The notes: generated by a model from the sequence alone, not told the origin. A DNA stretch of 64,000 nt from Trueperaceae bacterium (GCA_965214405.1 OZ243956.1:2496001-2560000); one strand, 5' to 3'. Positions 9,862-19,282 are shown, numbered from the stretch's first letter. Made by a program: numbers and translations.

Positions 9862-10464
9862 ATGAAGGACGCCAACCTTCGTCTTATCGGCGCGCTGCTC
9901 CTCGCGGCGGGCGCGTTTGTTTTCTTGGTGAATACAGGCATCTTTTGGGCGCTCCCCGCCTTTATCTGGTTCGCGTTTCTCCTGACGGTAGGCGCGGCTT
10001 TCTGGTTTAGCACGCCCTCGCTGCCCTTCTGGGGCCGCGTCGTCGGCTTCGTCCTCATCGGCGTGTTTGCCATCTCCACTTCAGGGAGGTTCGCCGGGAG
10101 CGCCGCGCTGGCTTTTCCCGCGCTCGCCTTTGCGCTTCTTTATCTCGACAACCCCAAACGCTGGTGGGCCGTCCTGCCCGCGGGGGTGTTGGGGAGCGTG
10201 GGCGCGCTCGTCACCACCGAGGTGCTTTTCGGCTGGGGCGGCGCGCCCGTGCTTTTTCTGGGCTTCGCGGCGACCTTTGCTTACCTTTACCTCCTGCCGA
10301 AAGAGAGGGGCGGCCAGCGCTGGGCGCTCTATCCGACGCTCGTCTCGATCATCCTCACGGTCATCGTCAACGACCCGAGCGGGCGCACACCGGGGTGGGT
10401 CTTGCCGCTCTTGCTGACGGGTGGGGGGGCGTTTATTTTGTGGTGGTGGCGGGATCGAAGGTAG
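9862..10464 (+). CDS. Multi-pass membrane protein, paralog of 6735..7475
   Basis: Hydrophobic, AGGAG RBS, co-directional with the TCS. Confidence 0.75.
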   Translation: MKDANLRLIGALLLAAGAFVFLVNTGIFWALPAFIWFAFLLTVGAAFWFSTPSLPFWGRVVGFVLIGVFAISTSGRFAGSAALAFPALAFALLYLDNPKRWWAVLPAGVLGSVGALVTTEVLFGWGGAPVLFLGFAATFAYLYLLPKERGGQRWALYPTLVSIILTVIVNDPSGRTPGWVLPLLLTGGGAFILWWWRDRR

Positions 10465-10471
10465 AAGACCC

Positions 10472-10502
10472 GAGTGGTTAGTGGTGAGTGATGAGTGGTT
10501 AG
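10472..10502. repeat. Heptamer tandem repeat (G/T)AGTG(G/A)T x4
   Basis: gagtggt tagtggt gagtgat gagtggt; same family as the reverse complement of 3257-3277. Confidence 0.65.
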
Positions 10503-10780
10503 CAAAAGAAATGGGACGTGTCGTCCTGCGCGTTTAGACCTCGTTCTTGGCGGAGGTAACGCACTGCGTCGTTTTGAGTCACCTCACTAAGCGCTTTGAA
10601 GTCGTAATCGCCCAGTACACTGTCAAGAACGTCACCCAATTTGGGACGCACCACCGACACACGCACGCGGCTTCCCTCGAGCTCATAACGCACCGCGTCA
10701 CCGGGTCGGATTCGCAGCGCTCTACGCACCTCGGCGGGGAGCGTCAACTGATATTTGCTGCTTATTTTGCCGTAAAGCAC
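10499..10780 (-). CDS. AbrB/MazE/SpoVT family DNA-binding protein (orphan antitoxin-like)
   Basis: KISSKYQLTLPAEVRRALRIRPGD; GGAGGTG RBS. Confidence 0.85.
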   Translation of the reverse strand: MLYGKISSKYQLTLPAEVRRALRIRPGDAVRYELEGSRVRVSVVRPKLGDVLDSVLGDYDFKALSEVTQNDAVRYLRQERGLNAQDDTSHFFC

Positions 10781-10862
10781 GCCTCACCTCCTGCGCTTAT
10801 CTCCTGCACTTACCATCATGTTCCGCCCTTTTGAAGGGTTCAAACAGTGGGTGCTACTAACC

Positions 10863-11711
10863 TTAGCGGTGCAAGAGCACGGGCTGCTTCGTGCTTCTCA
10901 AGACCGCCTCGGTGGTCGAACCGAGCAGCCACGCGCGGATGCGCCCCTCGCCAAACGCGCCCATCGCCAGCAGGTCGCCCGGCTGCGCCTCGCCCAAAAT
11001 CGCCTCGACGGGGTCGCCCTGACGGGAAAGGGTGGTGACGTTGAGGCCCTGCGCGTCCATGTAACGCGTAACGCGCTCAAAGCGTTCTCTGGCCACCGCC
11101 TCGTCGTCGTGGGCGCTGAGCGCCGCCAGAGGCAGTGACAAGCGTTTGGCGAGTTCGGCGGCGTAATTCATCGTTTCGCTCGCGCGGCTCGAGCCGTCGT
11201 AACAGAGCAGCACGCGCTTAGGCTCCTCGAAACTCCCCGGCGCGATCAATACCGGGTCGGCGGCGGTGCGTAAAACACGCTCGGCCACCGCGCCCAAGCC
11301 GCCCGAATCGCGTGAGGAACTCGAGCCCTCCTCCGTCTGGTGCGTTTCCCCGTGGCGTCCTAAGATGATGAGGTCGCTCTCGCGGGCCGCCTCCAAAATT
11401 TCGGTCGCCGGGACGCCCGTACGCACCTCCGACCGCAGATTCACCCCCGCCTCCCGCACGTCCTCCTCGACCCGCGCCAACACGCGCTTGCCCTGGTCGC
11501 TCAGCACCTCTTGCATCTGGGTCGAAAAGTTCGTCACGGGCAGGCTCAGCGCGCCGTAGTCGGTCCAGTAGGGCATGTTGACCATGCGGGTATCGATCAC
11601 GAACACGGCGCTTAGCGCCGCGCCCAACTCTTTTGAAAGATAGGCTGCGTAGCTCACGGCGACTTTGGCGTTGTCTGAAGCGTCTACGGCGACTAAAAGC
11701 GAGCCAATCAT
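10863..11711 (-). CDS. Universal stress protein (tandem USP domains)
   Basis: LVAVDAS, DLIILGRHG...LGAVAERVLR, MGAFG...LLGSTTEAVLR. Confidence 0.9.
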   Translation of the reverse strand: MIGSLLVAVDASDNAKVAVSYAAYLSKELGAALSAVFVIDTRMVNMPYWTDYGALSLPVTNFSTQMQEVLSDQGKRVLARVEEDVREAGVNLRSEVRTGVPATEILEAARESDLIILGRHGETHQTEEGSSSSRDSGGLGAVAERVLRTAADPVLIAPGSFEEPKRVLLCYDGSSRASETMNYAAELAKRLSLPLAALSAHDDEAVARERFERVTRYMDAQGLNVTTLSRQGDPVEAILGEAQPGDLLAMGAFGEGRIRAWLLGSTTEAVLRSTKQPVLLHR

Positions 11712-11776
11712 GAGAAGCCTCCCTGTTTGTTAACTCAAGTATACCGACCCTACGGTAAAAGCGGGCACCGCAACGT

Positions 11777-12217
11777 ATGGTAAAGACGATGGAACCCAGC
11801 GCCCACGATTCCCAAAAAGACTACAGCCTCGAGATGAACGTAAGCTCCAACCGCCTCCTCCGGGGGGTGTGGCTGGTGCTGGGCCTCCTCTTTACCGGCC
11901 TGGGCTTCGTCGGCGCGTTCTTGCCGCTGATGCCGACGACCGTCTTTTTACTTATTGCCGCCTTCTTTTTCGCGCGTAGCAGCCCGCGTTTTTACGCGTG
12001 GCTCTTGAATAACCGCATGTTCGGCTCCCTTATCCGCGACTGGCGCGCGGGGTTAGGGATGCCGCTACGGGCCAAAATCCTGGCGGTCACGCTGATCACG
12101 TTGACGATGGGCTCGAGCATCCTCATCATCCCCGTTCTCTGGGTCAGGCTCCTGCTCGCGTGTGTGGGCGTCGGCGTGAGCGCCTATCTCGTCACCCGCC
12201 CGACCAAAAAGTCATGA
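11777..12217 (+). CDS. YbaN/DUF454 membrane protein
   Basis: GAFLPLMPTTVFLLIAAFFFARSSPRFYAWLL. Confidence 0.85.
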   Translation: MVKTMEPSAHDSQKDYSLEMNVSSNRLLRGVWLVLGLLFTGLGFVGAFLPLMPTTVFLLIAAFFFARSSPRFYAWLLNNRMFGSLIRDWRAGLGMPLRAKILAVTLITLTMGSSILIIPVLWVRLLLACVGVGVSAYLVTRPTKKS

Positions 12218-12867
12218 GCTGCTGCAATCCGAACGGTCTTGATGAGATGTTCGGCGGCTCCTACGTGGCGGCGGAGCGCCGCGCGTTTGAGCGGCGCGGC
12301 TTAAAAGAGCGGCAGAAAAGAATGTTGAGGGCGGTGGGTGACGCTGGCGGGCGGACGGTGCTCGACATTGGCGGCGGGTTTGGCGCGCTCAGTTTGACGC
12401 TTCTGGCAAGGGGCGCGGCGCGGGCGAGTCTTGTCGAGGTGTCGCGCGATTATTTAGAGGCCGCCCGCTTCCTTGCTGAGGCTAGGGGCGTAGGAGAAAA
12501 GATGGCGCTGTTAAGAGGAGATTTCGTCGCCGTAGAAACCCCACCCGCCGATATCGTTTTGCTCGACCGCGTCGTCTGCTGCTATCCCGACGTGAGAGCG
12601 CTCCTTACCAAAGCGGCCCGCCATAGCGAAGGGCTGCTGGTGCTGACGTACCCCAAACCGCGCCCACTCCTCAAATTGTTTCGCACGCTTCTCAACACGG
12701 GGATGCGAGTCTTTGGACGCACCTACCGTTTTTACCTGCATGACGAAGCGCGAATCCTCGAGGCCGCCACGAGCAGCGGTCATAAGAGGGTGCTGCACCG
12801 CTCTTTGGGGACATTTGGGGTGTGGCAGCTTTTGGTGCTCGAGCGCCCCTCACAACCCACGAGCTAG
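12214..12867 (+). CDS. Class I SAM-dependent methyltransferase
   Basis: VLDIGGGFG, DRVVCCYPD; start at ATG 12214 (ATGA overlap). Confidence 0.85.
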   Translation: MSCCNPNGLDEMFGGSYVAAERRAFERRGLKERQKRMLRAVGDAGGRTVLDIGGGFGALSLTLLARGAARASLVEVSRDYLEAARFLAEARGVGEKMALLRGDFVAVETPPADIVLLDRVVCCYPDVRALLTKAARHSEGLLVLTYPKPRPLLKLFRTLLNTGMRVFGRTYRFYLHDEARILEAATSSGHKRVLHRSLGTFGVWQLLVLERPSQPTS

Positions 12868-12871
12868 TCCC

Positions 12872-14119
12872 TTACCGAACGAGTAGCGAGAGCATTTCAA
12901 TGTGGTGCGTGTGCGGGTAAAAATCAAAGGGCTGGGCGTGCTCGAGCCGCCACCCCGCCCCCACAAAGGCCGCCACGTCGCGCGCCCAGGTCGCCACGTC
13001 GCACGAGACGTAGACGAGGCGCGGGGCCTGGGAGTCGGTGAGCGTGCGCCGCACCTCCTTGTTGAGCCCCGCGCGGGGCGGGTCCACCGCGATGAGGTCG
13101 GTATGGGGGGGGACGACGAGCCGTTTGGCGTCTGCCTTGATGAACGTCAAGTTCCCAATAGCTAAGCGCGCCGCGTCCCGCTCGCCGCAGACCACGCTGC
13201 CGCGGTCAATCTCTAACGCCGTCACCCGCTCAAAGTTTTCGGCCAAGTGCATCCCGATAATTCCGCTTCCCGCGTACACGTCAAGCGCGAGCCCGCCCGA
13301 AGACGCAAGCGTTTGCAGGGATGTATAGAGTTCACCCGCCGCCGACGGGTTGGGTTGCGCGAAGTTGGTCGCGCTTACGCTGATATTAAAAGCCCCGTAG
13401 CGCTGCTCGATGCTCCGCGCCCCCGCCAGCCGCTCGCTGCCCCCGCGAAAGCGCCCGCGCGCGTCAAAGGGCGCGTAGCTCACCCCGGTGAGCCCCGCCT
13501 TGGTGAGTTCGTGCGCGAAAGGGACGAGCGTTTTTTCGGGAGCCGTCGCCACGAGCGAGGCCAGCACTTCGCCCTGGTCATTACCGCGAAGGACGACTTC
13601 ACGAACGCCTTTGGGCGCGTCAAGCCGTCCCCAAGCTTTCCACGCGTTATTGATGGCCTCGTTGGCGACCGGGTCGGACTCGAGCACCACCACCTCGTGA
13701 CTCTCCGGCTCGCGGTAACCCAAACCTCCACGCGTCACGGCGGGTTGGACGGCGTTGCGGTAGTGCCAGGGGCGGGGCGCAGGTCGCACGGGCGGTACTT
13801 GCACCTCACGTTTGAGCGCCCGCGACAGCGCGTCTCTCACCACCTCCTGCTTGAGCGCCAACTGTTTTTCGTAACGGATAAAAGAATAATCCAAACCGGG
13901 ATGTTCCGAAGCGGGCACGCGGTCGGGGGAGGCGGTAAACACACGCGTTACCCGGCCTTGCAGCACGCCGGAGCGCGCTTCTAACTCCGCCTCGACGCTT
14001 TCTCCAGGAATCCCGCCCCGGACGAGCGCGACGCGGCCCCCTTCAACGCGCGCCAAGGCCGCGCCGCCGTGGACGGGGCGCTCGAGCCTCAGCTCTACAA
14101 CAGAACCAGTCTTAGCCAC
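12872..14119 (-). CDS. TRAM-domain RNA (uracil-5)-methyltransferase (TrmA/RlmD family)
   Basis: FAQPN, DVYAGSG, VDPPRAGL, YVSCD..TWARD, FDFYPHTHHIE. Confidence 0.9.
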   Translation of the reverse strand: MAKTGSVVELRLERPVHGGAALARVEGGRVALVRGGIPGESVEAELEARSGVLQGRVTRVFTASPDRVPASEHPGLDYSFIRYEKQLALKQEVVRDALSRALKREVQVPPVRPAPRPWHYRNAVQPAVTRGGLGYREPESHEVVVLESDPVANEAINNAWKAWGRLDAPKGVREVVLRGNDQGEVLASLVATAPEKTLVPFAHELTKAGLTGVSYAPFDARGRFRGGSERLAGARSIEQRYGAFNISVSATNFAQPNPSAAGELYTSLQTLASSGGLALDVYAGSGIIGMHLAENFERVTALEIDRGSVVCGERDAARLAIGNLTFIKADAKRLVVPPHTDLIAVDPPRAGLNKEVRRTLTDSQAPRLVYVSCDVATWARDVAAFVGAGWRLEHAQPFDFYPHTHHIEMLSLLVR

Positions 14120-14199
14120 AATACAGTCTAGCGTAGCCCGTCCTCTTGCAAACCGCGCCGCGCGCTAGTTGCGCGCTCCACTCTGCTATACTGGGCGGC

Positions 14200-14868
14200 A
14201 TGAAGCGATCCGTCCAAGAAATCATCGAACTATTGGTGTTTGCCCTCGTCGCCCTCCTCATCGGTACAGGCTTGCTCTGGGTTGTCGGCTGGCTCTTCGG
14301 CATCCTGGGCTTCGTGCTCAGGGAGGTGGCCGAATTTATCTGGTTTTTGCTCAAGTACATTATCCCGGTGGCGGTCATCGTCGCGGCGGTCTACGCGCTC
14401 ATCAAGCTCGCGCAGAACCAAAGCAGCCGCAGTCGCCAAGCCGCGCCCGCGGGCGCAGGCGCGGTGGGCTCGGGGCCGTCGGTCTACTCCGCACCGTCCC
14501 AATCGTCTGGCTCTAAATCGACGCTGAGCGAGTCGGTAAAAACCGCGCCGCAGCCCACCGTCACAGCCTCACCCGCGCCTGATACATCCAAAGAGAGCAC
14601 CCCCCCCAGGGTCGAGGCCGTGCCCGCCCCGGACGAACCGGATGAAGACGCCGACGAAGCGCCTGCGGCAGCGTCCTCGAGCGAGACCAAGCCTTCGGGG
14701 GAGGCCACGAAAACGTCCGCCAACCAAAAAACAGGGGACGCGCAAACGGCAGAGGCCGAGGCGGGACCCAGCGAGGGCTTTCAGGAGATGGTCGAGGACG
14801 AAGAGGGTCTGCCCGACGATGCGCAGGACAAAAAGAGCAGCGAAGACAAACGCAAAAAGGGTTCCTAA
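14200..14868 (+). CDS. Hypothetical membrane protein with long Ser/Pro/Glu-rich disordered tail
   Basis: ATG 14200, 7 nt after TGcTATACT; N-terminal hydrophobic helices. Confidence 0.7.
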   Translation: MKRSVQEIIELLVFALVALLIGTGLLWVVGWLFGILGFVLREVAEFIWFLLKYIIPVAVIVAAVYALIKLAQNQSSRSRQAAPAGAGAVGSGPSVYSAPSQSSGSKSTLSESVKTAPQPTVTASPAPDTSKESTPPRVEAVPAPDEPDEDADEAPAAASSSETKPSGEATKTSANQKTGDAQTAEAEAGPSEGFQEMVEDEEGLPDDAQDKKSSEDKRKKGS

Positions 14869-14888
14869 GCTTTAGTGGCAAAAGTGTA

Positions 14889-14927
14889 AAAGAGGGCTCG
14901 AGCGTGGCTCGAGTCCTCTTTCTTTTT
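14889..14927 (+). terminator. Intrinsic terminator
   Basis: agagggctcgagc gtg gctcgagtcctct followed by a T-rich run. Confidence 0.65.
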
Positions 14928-15107
14928 GAAGCCTTTGCGGGTGTCAAGTTGTGTTGAGCATTCAAGTGAAGGTTCAGCCTTTGACCAAAGCATTCATCTC
15001 CCTTAATCAAAAGGCTTGCTGAAGAACCGCCCCCTTGGCGCACGCTGCTTTACATGGTACATTGCAACCTGGAACTCAATCCAACGTCTTGATTCACAGG
15101 AGGACAC

Positions 15108-16661
15108 GTGGCAAGGAAATTTCTATTTTTGGTTCTGGGCCTACTACTTTTTGCCTCTCCCGCGCTCGCGCAGACGCTTCACCTGGCGACCAACGAAGAT
15201 TGGGAAACGCTCGACCCGGCGTTCGCCTCGGGCGTGCAAACGGGCGCGATTGTCGCAAAACTTTACGACGGGCTGATGCGCTACGCCTATAACAGCACCG
15301 AAGTGGTGCCCAACTTGGCCGAAAACGTCGAGGTCAACGACGACGCCACCGTGTTTACCATCACCCTGCGTGACGGCGTCACCTTTCACGACGGGTCGCC
15401 CCTGACGGCGGAAGACGTCAAATATTCTTTTGAACGCGTGCTGAACCCCGACACGGCGAGCCCGGTGTCTTGGGTGTTTGAGGACGCGGGCATCAGCGGG
15501 ATTGAGGCTTTTGTGAATGGCGAGGCCGACGGCGTCAGCGGTATCGAGGTGATGGACCCGCAAACGGTGCGCATCACGCTCGAGCAGCCCTACGCACCCT
15601 TCCTTTTTCACCTGGCAATGCCCGCCGCCCACATCGTCTCGCAAGCGGTGACGAGCGCGCTCGCGGAGGGGTCGGACTTGTCGAGCAATCCGGTCGGCAC
15701 GGGACCCTTTACCCTGGCTGACCGCGTGCGCGACTCGAGCCTCACCCTTAGCGCATACGAAGACTACTTCGCGGGCGCGCCCGCCGTCGATGAGGTGGAG
15801 TACCGCATCATTACCGACCCGCTCATCACTTGGCAGGAGTTTTCGGCCGGGAACTTGGACGTGGCCGCGGTGCCCGACGCGCTTTTTGGTGACATTACCA
15901 CCGACCCGCAGTTCGAGGACATGTTAATAACGCTCCCCGAACTGGCCGTCTACTACTTCGCGCTCAACCAGAGCTTCGAGCCCTTCCAGGACCTCAGAGT
16001 CCGCCGGGCCGTGGCGATGGCGATAGACCGTCAGGCGATCATCGACGGCATCTTCAACGGCAAAGACCTGCTCGCCAACTCGCCCATCCCGCCGGGCCTC
16101 GCGGGTTACGACGCCGAGCTGCAGGCTTATTCCTACGATCCCGAGATGGCGCGGCAGCTCCTCGACGAGGCAGGCTACGGGGACGGCTTCGACCTGACCA
16201 TCTGGTCCACCCGCACGCCCACGACCATCGCGGTGAACGAGGCCATCCAATTCTACTTGAGCGAAATAGGCATCCGCGCCGAACTCAACCAGGTCGACTT
16301 CGGCACGCTGCTCGACGCGGCCATCAACGGGCGCGCCCCCGCCTTTTACCTCTCCTGGTTCGCCGACTACGGCGACGCGTACAATTTCCTTCACCCGCTC
16401 TACGTCGCCAGCGGCGCCGACCGCTACGGCTACAGCAATTCGGAAGTGGCGGAGATTGTGGGAGAGGCGGCGACCAAAGGAGAACTCTCCGAGCGCGTGC
16501 CCCTCTACCAGGAGGCGCAGCGCCTTGTGGTCGAGGACGTTCCCGTGGTCTACATCCGCTACCCCGTCTCCTACTACGCGGTGCGCCCCGGCGTCACGGG
16601 CATCCTCAACCATCCCATCTTCAACGCCGACAAGTTTATGGAAGTCACCATCAGCAACTGA
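15108..16661 (+). CDS. Peptide/nickel ABC transporter substrate-binding protein (family 5)
   Basis: Signal peptide, TLDPA, LRDGVTFHDGSPLTAEDVKYSFER, PVGTGPF. Confidence 0.92.
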   Translation: MARKFLFLVLGLLLFASPALAQTLHLATNEDWETLDPAFASGVQTGAIVAKLYDGLMRYAYNSTEVVPNLAENVEVNDDATVFTITLRDGVTFHDGSPLTAEDVKYSFERVLNPDTASPVSWVFEDAGISGIEAFVNGEADGVSGIEVMDPQTVRITLEQPYAPFLFHLAMPAAHIVSQAVTSALAEGSDLSSNPVGTGPFTLADRVRDSSLTLSAYEDYFAGAPAVDEVEYRIITDPLITWQEFSAGNLDVAAVPDALFGDITTDPQFEDMLITLPELAVYYFALNQSFEPFQDLRVRRAVAMAIDRQAIIDGIFNGKDLLANSPIPPGLAGYDAELQAYSYDPEMARQLLDEAGYGDGFDLTIWSTRTPTTIAVNEAIQFYLSEIGIRAELNQVDFGTLLDAAINGRAPAFYLSWFADYGDAYNFLHPLYVASGADRYGYSNSEVAEIVGEAATKGELSERVPLYQEAQRLVVEDVPVVYIRYPVSYYAVRPGVTGILNHPIFNADKFMEVTISN

Positions 16662-16674
16662 GTCTCGCGTTTTT

Positions 16675-16706
16675 AGAGGAGGCGGCCCTGCGCCGTCTCC
16701 TCTTTT
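16675..16706 (+). terminator. Hairpin/terminator after the SBP gene
   Basis: agaggaggcgg ccctgcg ccgtctcctct ttt. Confidence 0.6.
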
Positions 16707-16768
16707 GCGTGCTCAGGGCTCCCATCCCCGATCAAGATGCTGACTTCATATCAGATGCCGCTTATTTG

Positions 16769-17695
16769 ATGCTCGTTTATATTGTCAAGCGCCTTTTTGG
16801 AGCCGTCCCGGTCATTATTGGGATCAGCCTGCTCACATTTATTTTGATGATCCTAGCGCCCGGCGACCCCGTCCAAAAGCTTTTGGGTCAGCGCGCGAGT
16901 CCCGAGGCGGTGACTGAGCTGCGCGACCGCTTAGGGCTCAACGAGCCCGCGTACAAGCAGTATTTGCGAATTATGGGCAACGTTATCACGGGAGACTTGG
17001 GACGCTCGATTATCACCCGCGAACCCGTGGGGGAGGCCTTACGCACCCGCTTTCCCGTCACCCTAAAGTTGGCGCTCCTGGCGATGACCTTCTCGACGCT
17101 GCTCGGCGTGGCGGTCGGCGTCGTGTCGGCGGTGTTTCAGAACACGCTGCTGGACCGTGTCGCCATGTTCGTGACGCTTACGGGTATCAGCGTGCCTGTT
17201 TTCTGGTACGCGCTCATCGCTATTTTGCTCGTGATTTTCCAGTGGCGCTGGGTGCCGCAGACGGGTCTCGGCGACGGCTCGCTGCGTTACTACCTGTTGC
17301 CCGCTTTTGTGTTGGGCACGAGGGCAGCGGCCTTTATCGCTCGCATCACTCGCTCGACAATGCTCGAGATCATCCGCCAGGACTTCATCCGCACCGCCAG
17401 AGCCAAGGGACTCTCCGAACGTATCGTCATCGTCAAACACGCCTTTCGCAACGTGCTCATCCCCGTCGTCACGGTGATCGGCCTCGATTTGGCCTCTTTT
17501 ATTGACGGGGCTTACCTGACCGAGTACGTGTTCAATATCCCGGGGATGGGCCGCTACGGCTTGGTCGCGCTTCTTAACCGCGACCTGCCCGTGATGATTC
17601 CGCTTGTCATCTACACCGCCACCCTGTTTATCGTCGCCAACCTCCTGGTGGACCTGCTCTACGCGGTCATCGACCCGCGGATACGGTACGACTGA
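16769..17695 (+). CDS. Peptide ABC transporter permease (DppB/OppB-like)
   Basis: APGDP, TARAKGLSE...KHAFRN, DLLYAVIDPRIRY. Confidence 0.92.
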   Translation: MLVYIVKRLFGAVPVIIGISLLTFILMILAPGDPVQKLLGQRASPEAVTELRDRLGLNEPAYKQYLRIMGNVITGDLGRSIITREPVGEALRTRFPVTLKLALLAMTFSTLLGVAVGVVSAVFQNTLLDRVAMFVTLTGISVPVFWYALIAILLVIFQWRWVPQTGLGDGSLRYYLLPAFVLGTRAAAFIARITRSTMLEIIRQDFIRTARAKGLSERIVIVKHAFRNVLIPVVTVIGLDLASFIDGAYLTEYVFNIPGMGRYGLVALLNRDLPVMIPLVIYTATLFIVANLLVDLLYAVIDPRIRYD

Positions 17696-17708
17696 TGGGG
17701 AGACGCTG

Positions 17709-18614
17709 ATGGACGCGGACGTTCGCACGCAAACGCCGGACACCGAGCCCGCCCAGGCGGACGCCGCGTCGCTCTCGGCGTTTGGCATCGCCTGGCGGCG
17801 CATCCGCCGTGACCCCGGCGCGTTGCTGGCGTTGGGGATTATCTTGGTTCTCGTCGCTGTGGCGGCGCTCGCGCCTCTCGTCTCACCTTATGACCCGACC
17901 AGACCGGACTTGAGCCTCGGCTTCCGGGCCGCGCCGCCCAGTGAGGCGCACCTGTTGGGCACCGACCGCGCGGGGCGCGACGTGCTCTCTCGCCTCATCT
18001 ACGGCGCGCGTATAAGTCTTCTTATCGGTTTCGGTTCGCAAATCCTCTCACTCGTGTTGGGCATCGTGTTCGGCCTTTTAGCGGGCTTTTTTGGCGGCGT
18101 CACTGACACCATTATTTCCCGCCTTATCGAGATTTTGCAGGCCTTCCCGAGTCTGCTCTTTATCATCGTGCTGTCGGTCTCGATCGGGCCGGGGCTGCTC
18201 ACCGCCTACATCGCTTTGGGCATCGTCGGCTGGGCGGGGGTGGCGCGCATCGTGCGCGGCTCGGCGCTAAGCCTAAGAAACGCGGAGTACGTGGAGGGAG
18301 CCAGGGCTCTCGGGGCGGGTCCCTCGCGGCTCATCTTCCGTCACATCTTGCCCGGCACCCTGCCAAGTCTTATTGTCATCTACACCATCGGCGTGGGCGG
18401 GGCCATTATTGGCGAGGCGACGCTCTCCTTTTTGGGCTTGGGCGTCAAGCCGCCGACGCCCTCGTGGGGGCAAATGATTGCCGACGGTCAGAGCTACCTC
18501 ACCTCGGCCTGGTGGATGAGCGTGTTTCCAGGCTTAGCGGTGGCGGTGGTGGTCATCGCTTTTAACTTCTTGGGCGATACGTTGCGCGACGCGCTTGACC
18601 CGCGGATGCGGTAG
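17709..18614 (+). CDS. Peptide ABC transporter permease (DppC/OppC-like)
   Basis: HLLGTDRAGRDVLSRLIYGARISL, EYVEGARALGA, FNFLGDTLRDALDPR. Confidence 0.92.
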   Translation: MDADVRTQTPDTEPAQADAASLSAFGIAWRRIRRDPGALLALGIILVLVAVAALAPLVSPYDPTRPDLSLGFRAAPPSEAHLLGTDRAGRDVLSRLIYGARISLLIGFGSQILSLVLGIVFGLLAGFFGGVTDTIISRLIEILQAFPSLLFIIVLSVSIGPGLLTAYIALGIVGWAGVARIVRGSALSLRNAEYVEGARALGAGPSRLIFRHILPGTLPSLIVIYTIGVGGAIIGEATLSFLGLGVKPPTPSWGQMIADGQSYLTSAWWMSVFPGLAVAVVVIAFNFLGDTLRDALDPRMR

Positions 18615-18651
18615 AAGGAACCAAGAACAACGCATCTGCTACACTTGTTTT

Positions 18652-19167
18652 ATGCGTCACGCGCCCGCCGTCTTCCTCGTTGCTATCTCTATTTTCCTCG
18701 CTTTCACGCTCGCACAGGGCGACAAACCGCTTTCAGGCGCGTCGGCAGTGGAGAATGAACAGGTGACGCGGGGAGGGGAGCTCTACAGAAGGAATTGCGC
18801 CGTTTGTCACGGCCCTACGGCGCTTGGCTTCGACGAGGCCAGGGCGGCCTTTCCCGAAGAAGACCGCCACTGCGAGAGGTGTCACAAGACAAATAACCCT
18901 CGCATCTGGAACCAAAAAGTCACCATCCACAACAATATGTTTTCGCTCGGCACGCCCCCAGCGCTACGCGGCGAGAGCACGCTACACGCCTTTACCAACG
19001 CCAACGCGCTCTTTCACTATACCCGCGCCACCATGCCCCGCTACGCGCCAGGTCGCCTTACGGATGATCAATATTTGGACGTCACCGCGTTCTTGCTCTT
19101 CCTACGGGATACACCACCCCAGGATGTTGTGACCAGCGAGAACGCAGCGTCGTTTCTTTTACCCTGA
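18652..19167 (+). CDS. Exported c-type cytochrome with two CXXCH motifs
   Basis: Signal peptide; CAVCH and CERCH; distal Met in ATMP. Confidence 0.8.
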   Translation: MRHAPAVFLVAISIFLAFTLAQGDKPLSGASAVENEQVTRGGELYRRNCAVCHGPTALGFDEARAAFPEEDRHCERCHKTNNPRIWNQKVTIHNNMFSLGTPPALRGESTLHAFTNANALFHYTRATMPRYAPGRLTDDQYLDVTAFLLFLRDTPPQDVVTSENAASFLLP

Positions 19168-19206
19168 ACAAATTCGGGTAGTTACAAGTTACAGGAACCT
19201 TTGAGC

Positions 19207-19279
19207 GATCCCCCCCGGCCCCCCTCGAAAGAGGGGGGAGATTGAAAGTCCCCCTTTGTAAGGGGGATTTAGGGGGATC
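19207..19279. repeat. Small REP/MITE-like palindromic element
   Basis: Terminal GATCCCCC...GGGGGATC; two internal hairpins, ccccctc-gaaa-gaggggg and tccccctt-tgt-aaggggga; lies between convergent genes. Confidence 0.7.
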
Positions 19280-19282
19280 AGA

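Noticed and set aside
9300..10079. Long antisense or alternative-frame ORFs (also 13247-13984, 17063-17803, 19574-20341)
   Set aside because: Shadows of well-supported genes in GC-rich DNA, with no motifs.
14971..15028. Hairpin upstream of the ABC SBP gene as a riboswitch
   Set aside because: No conserved aptamer nucleotides recognised.
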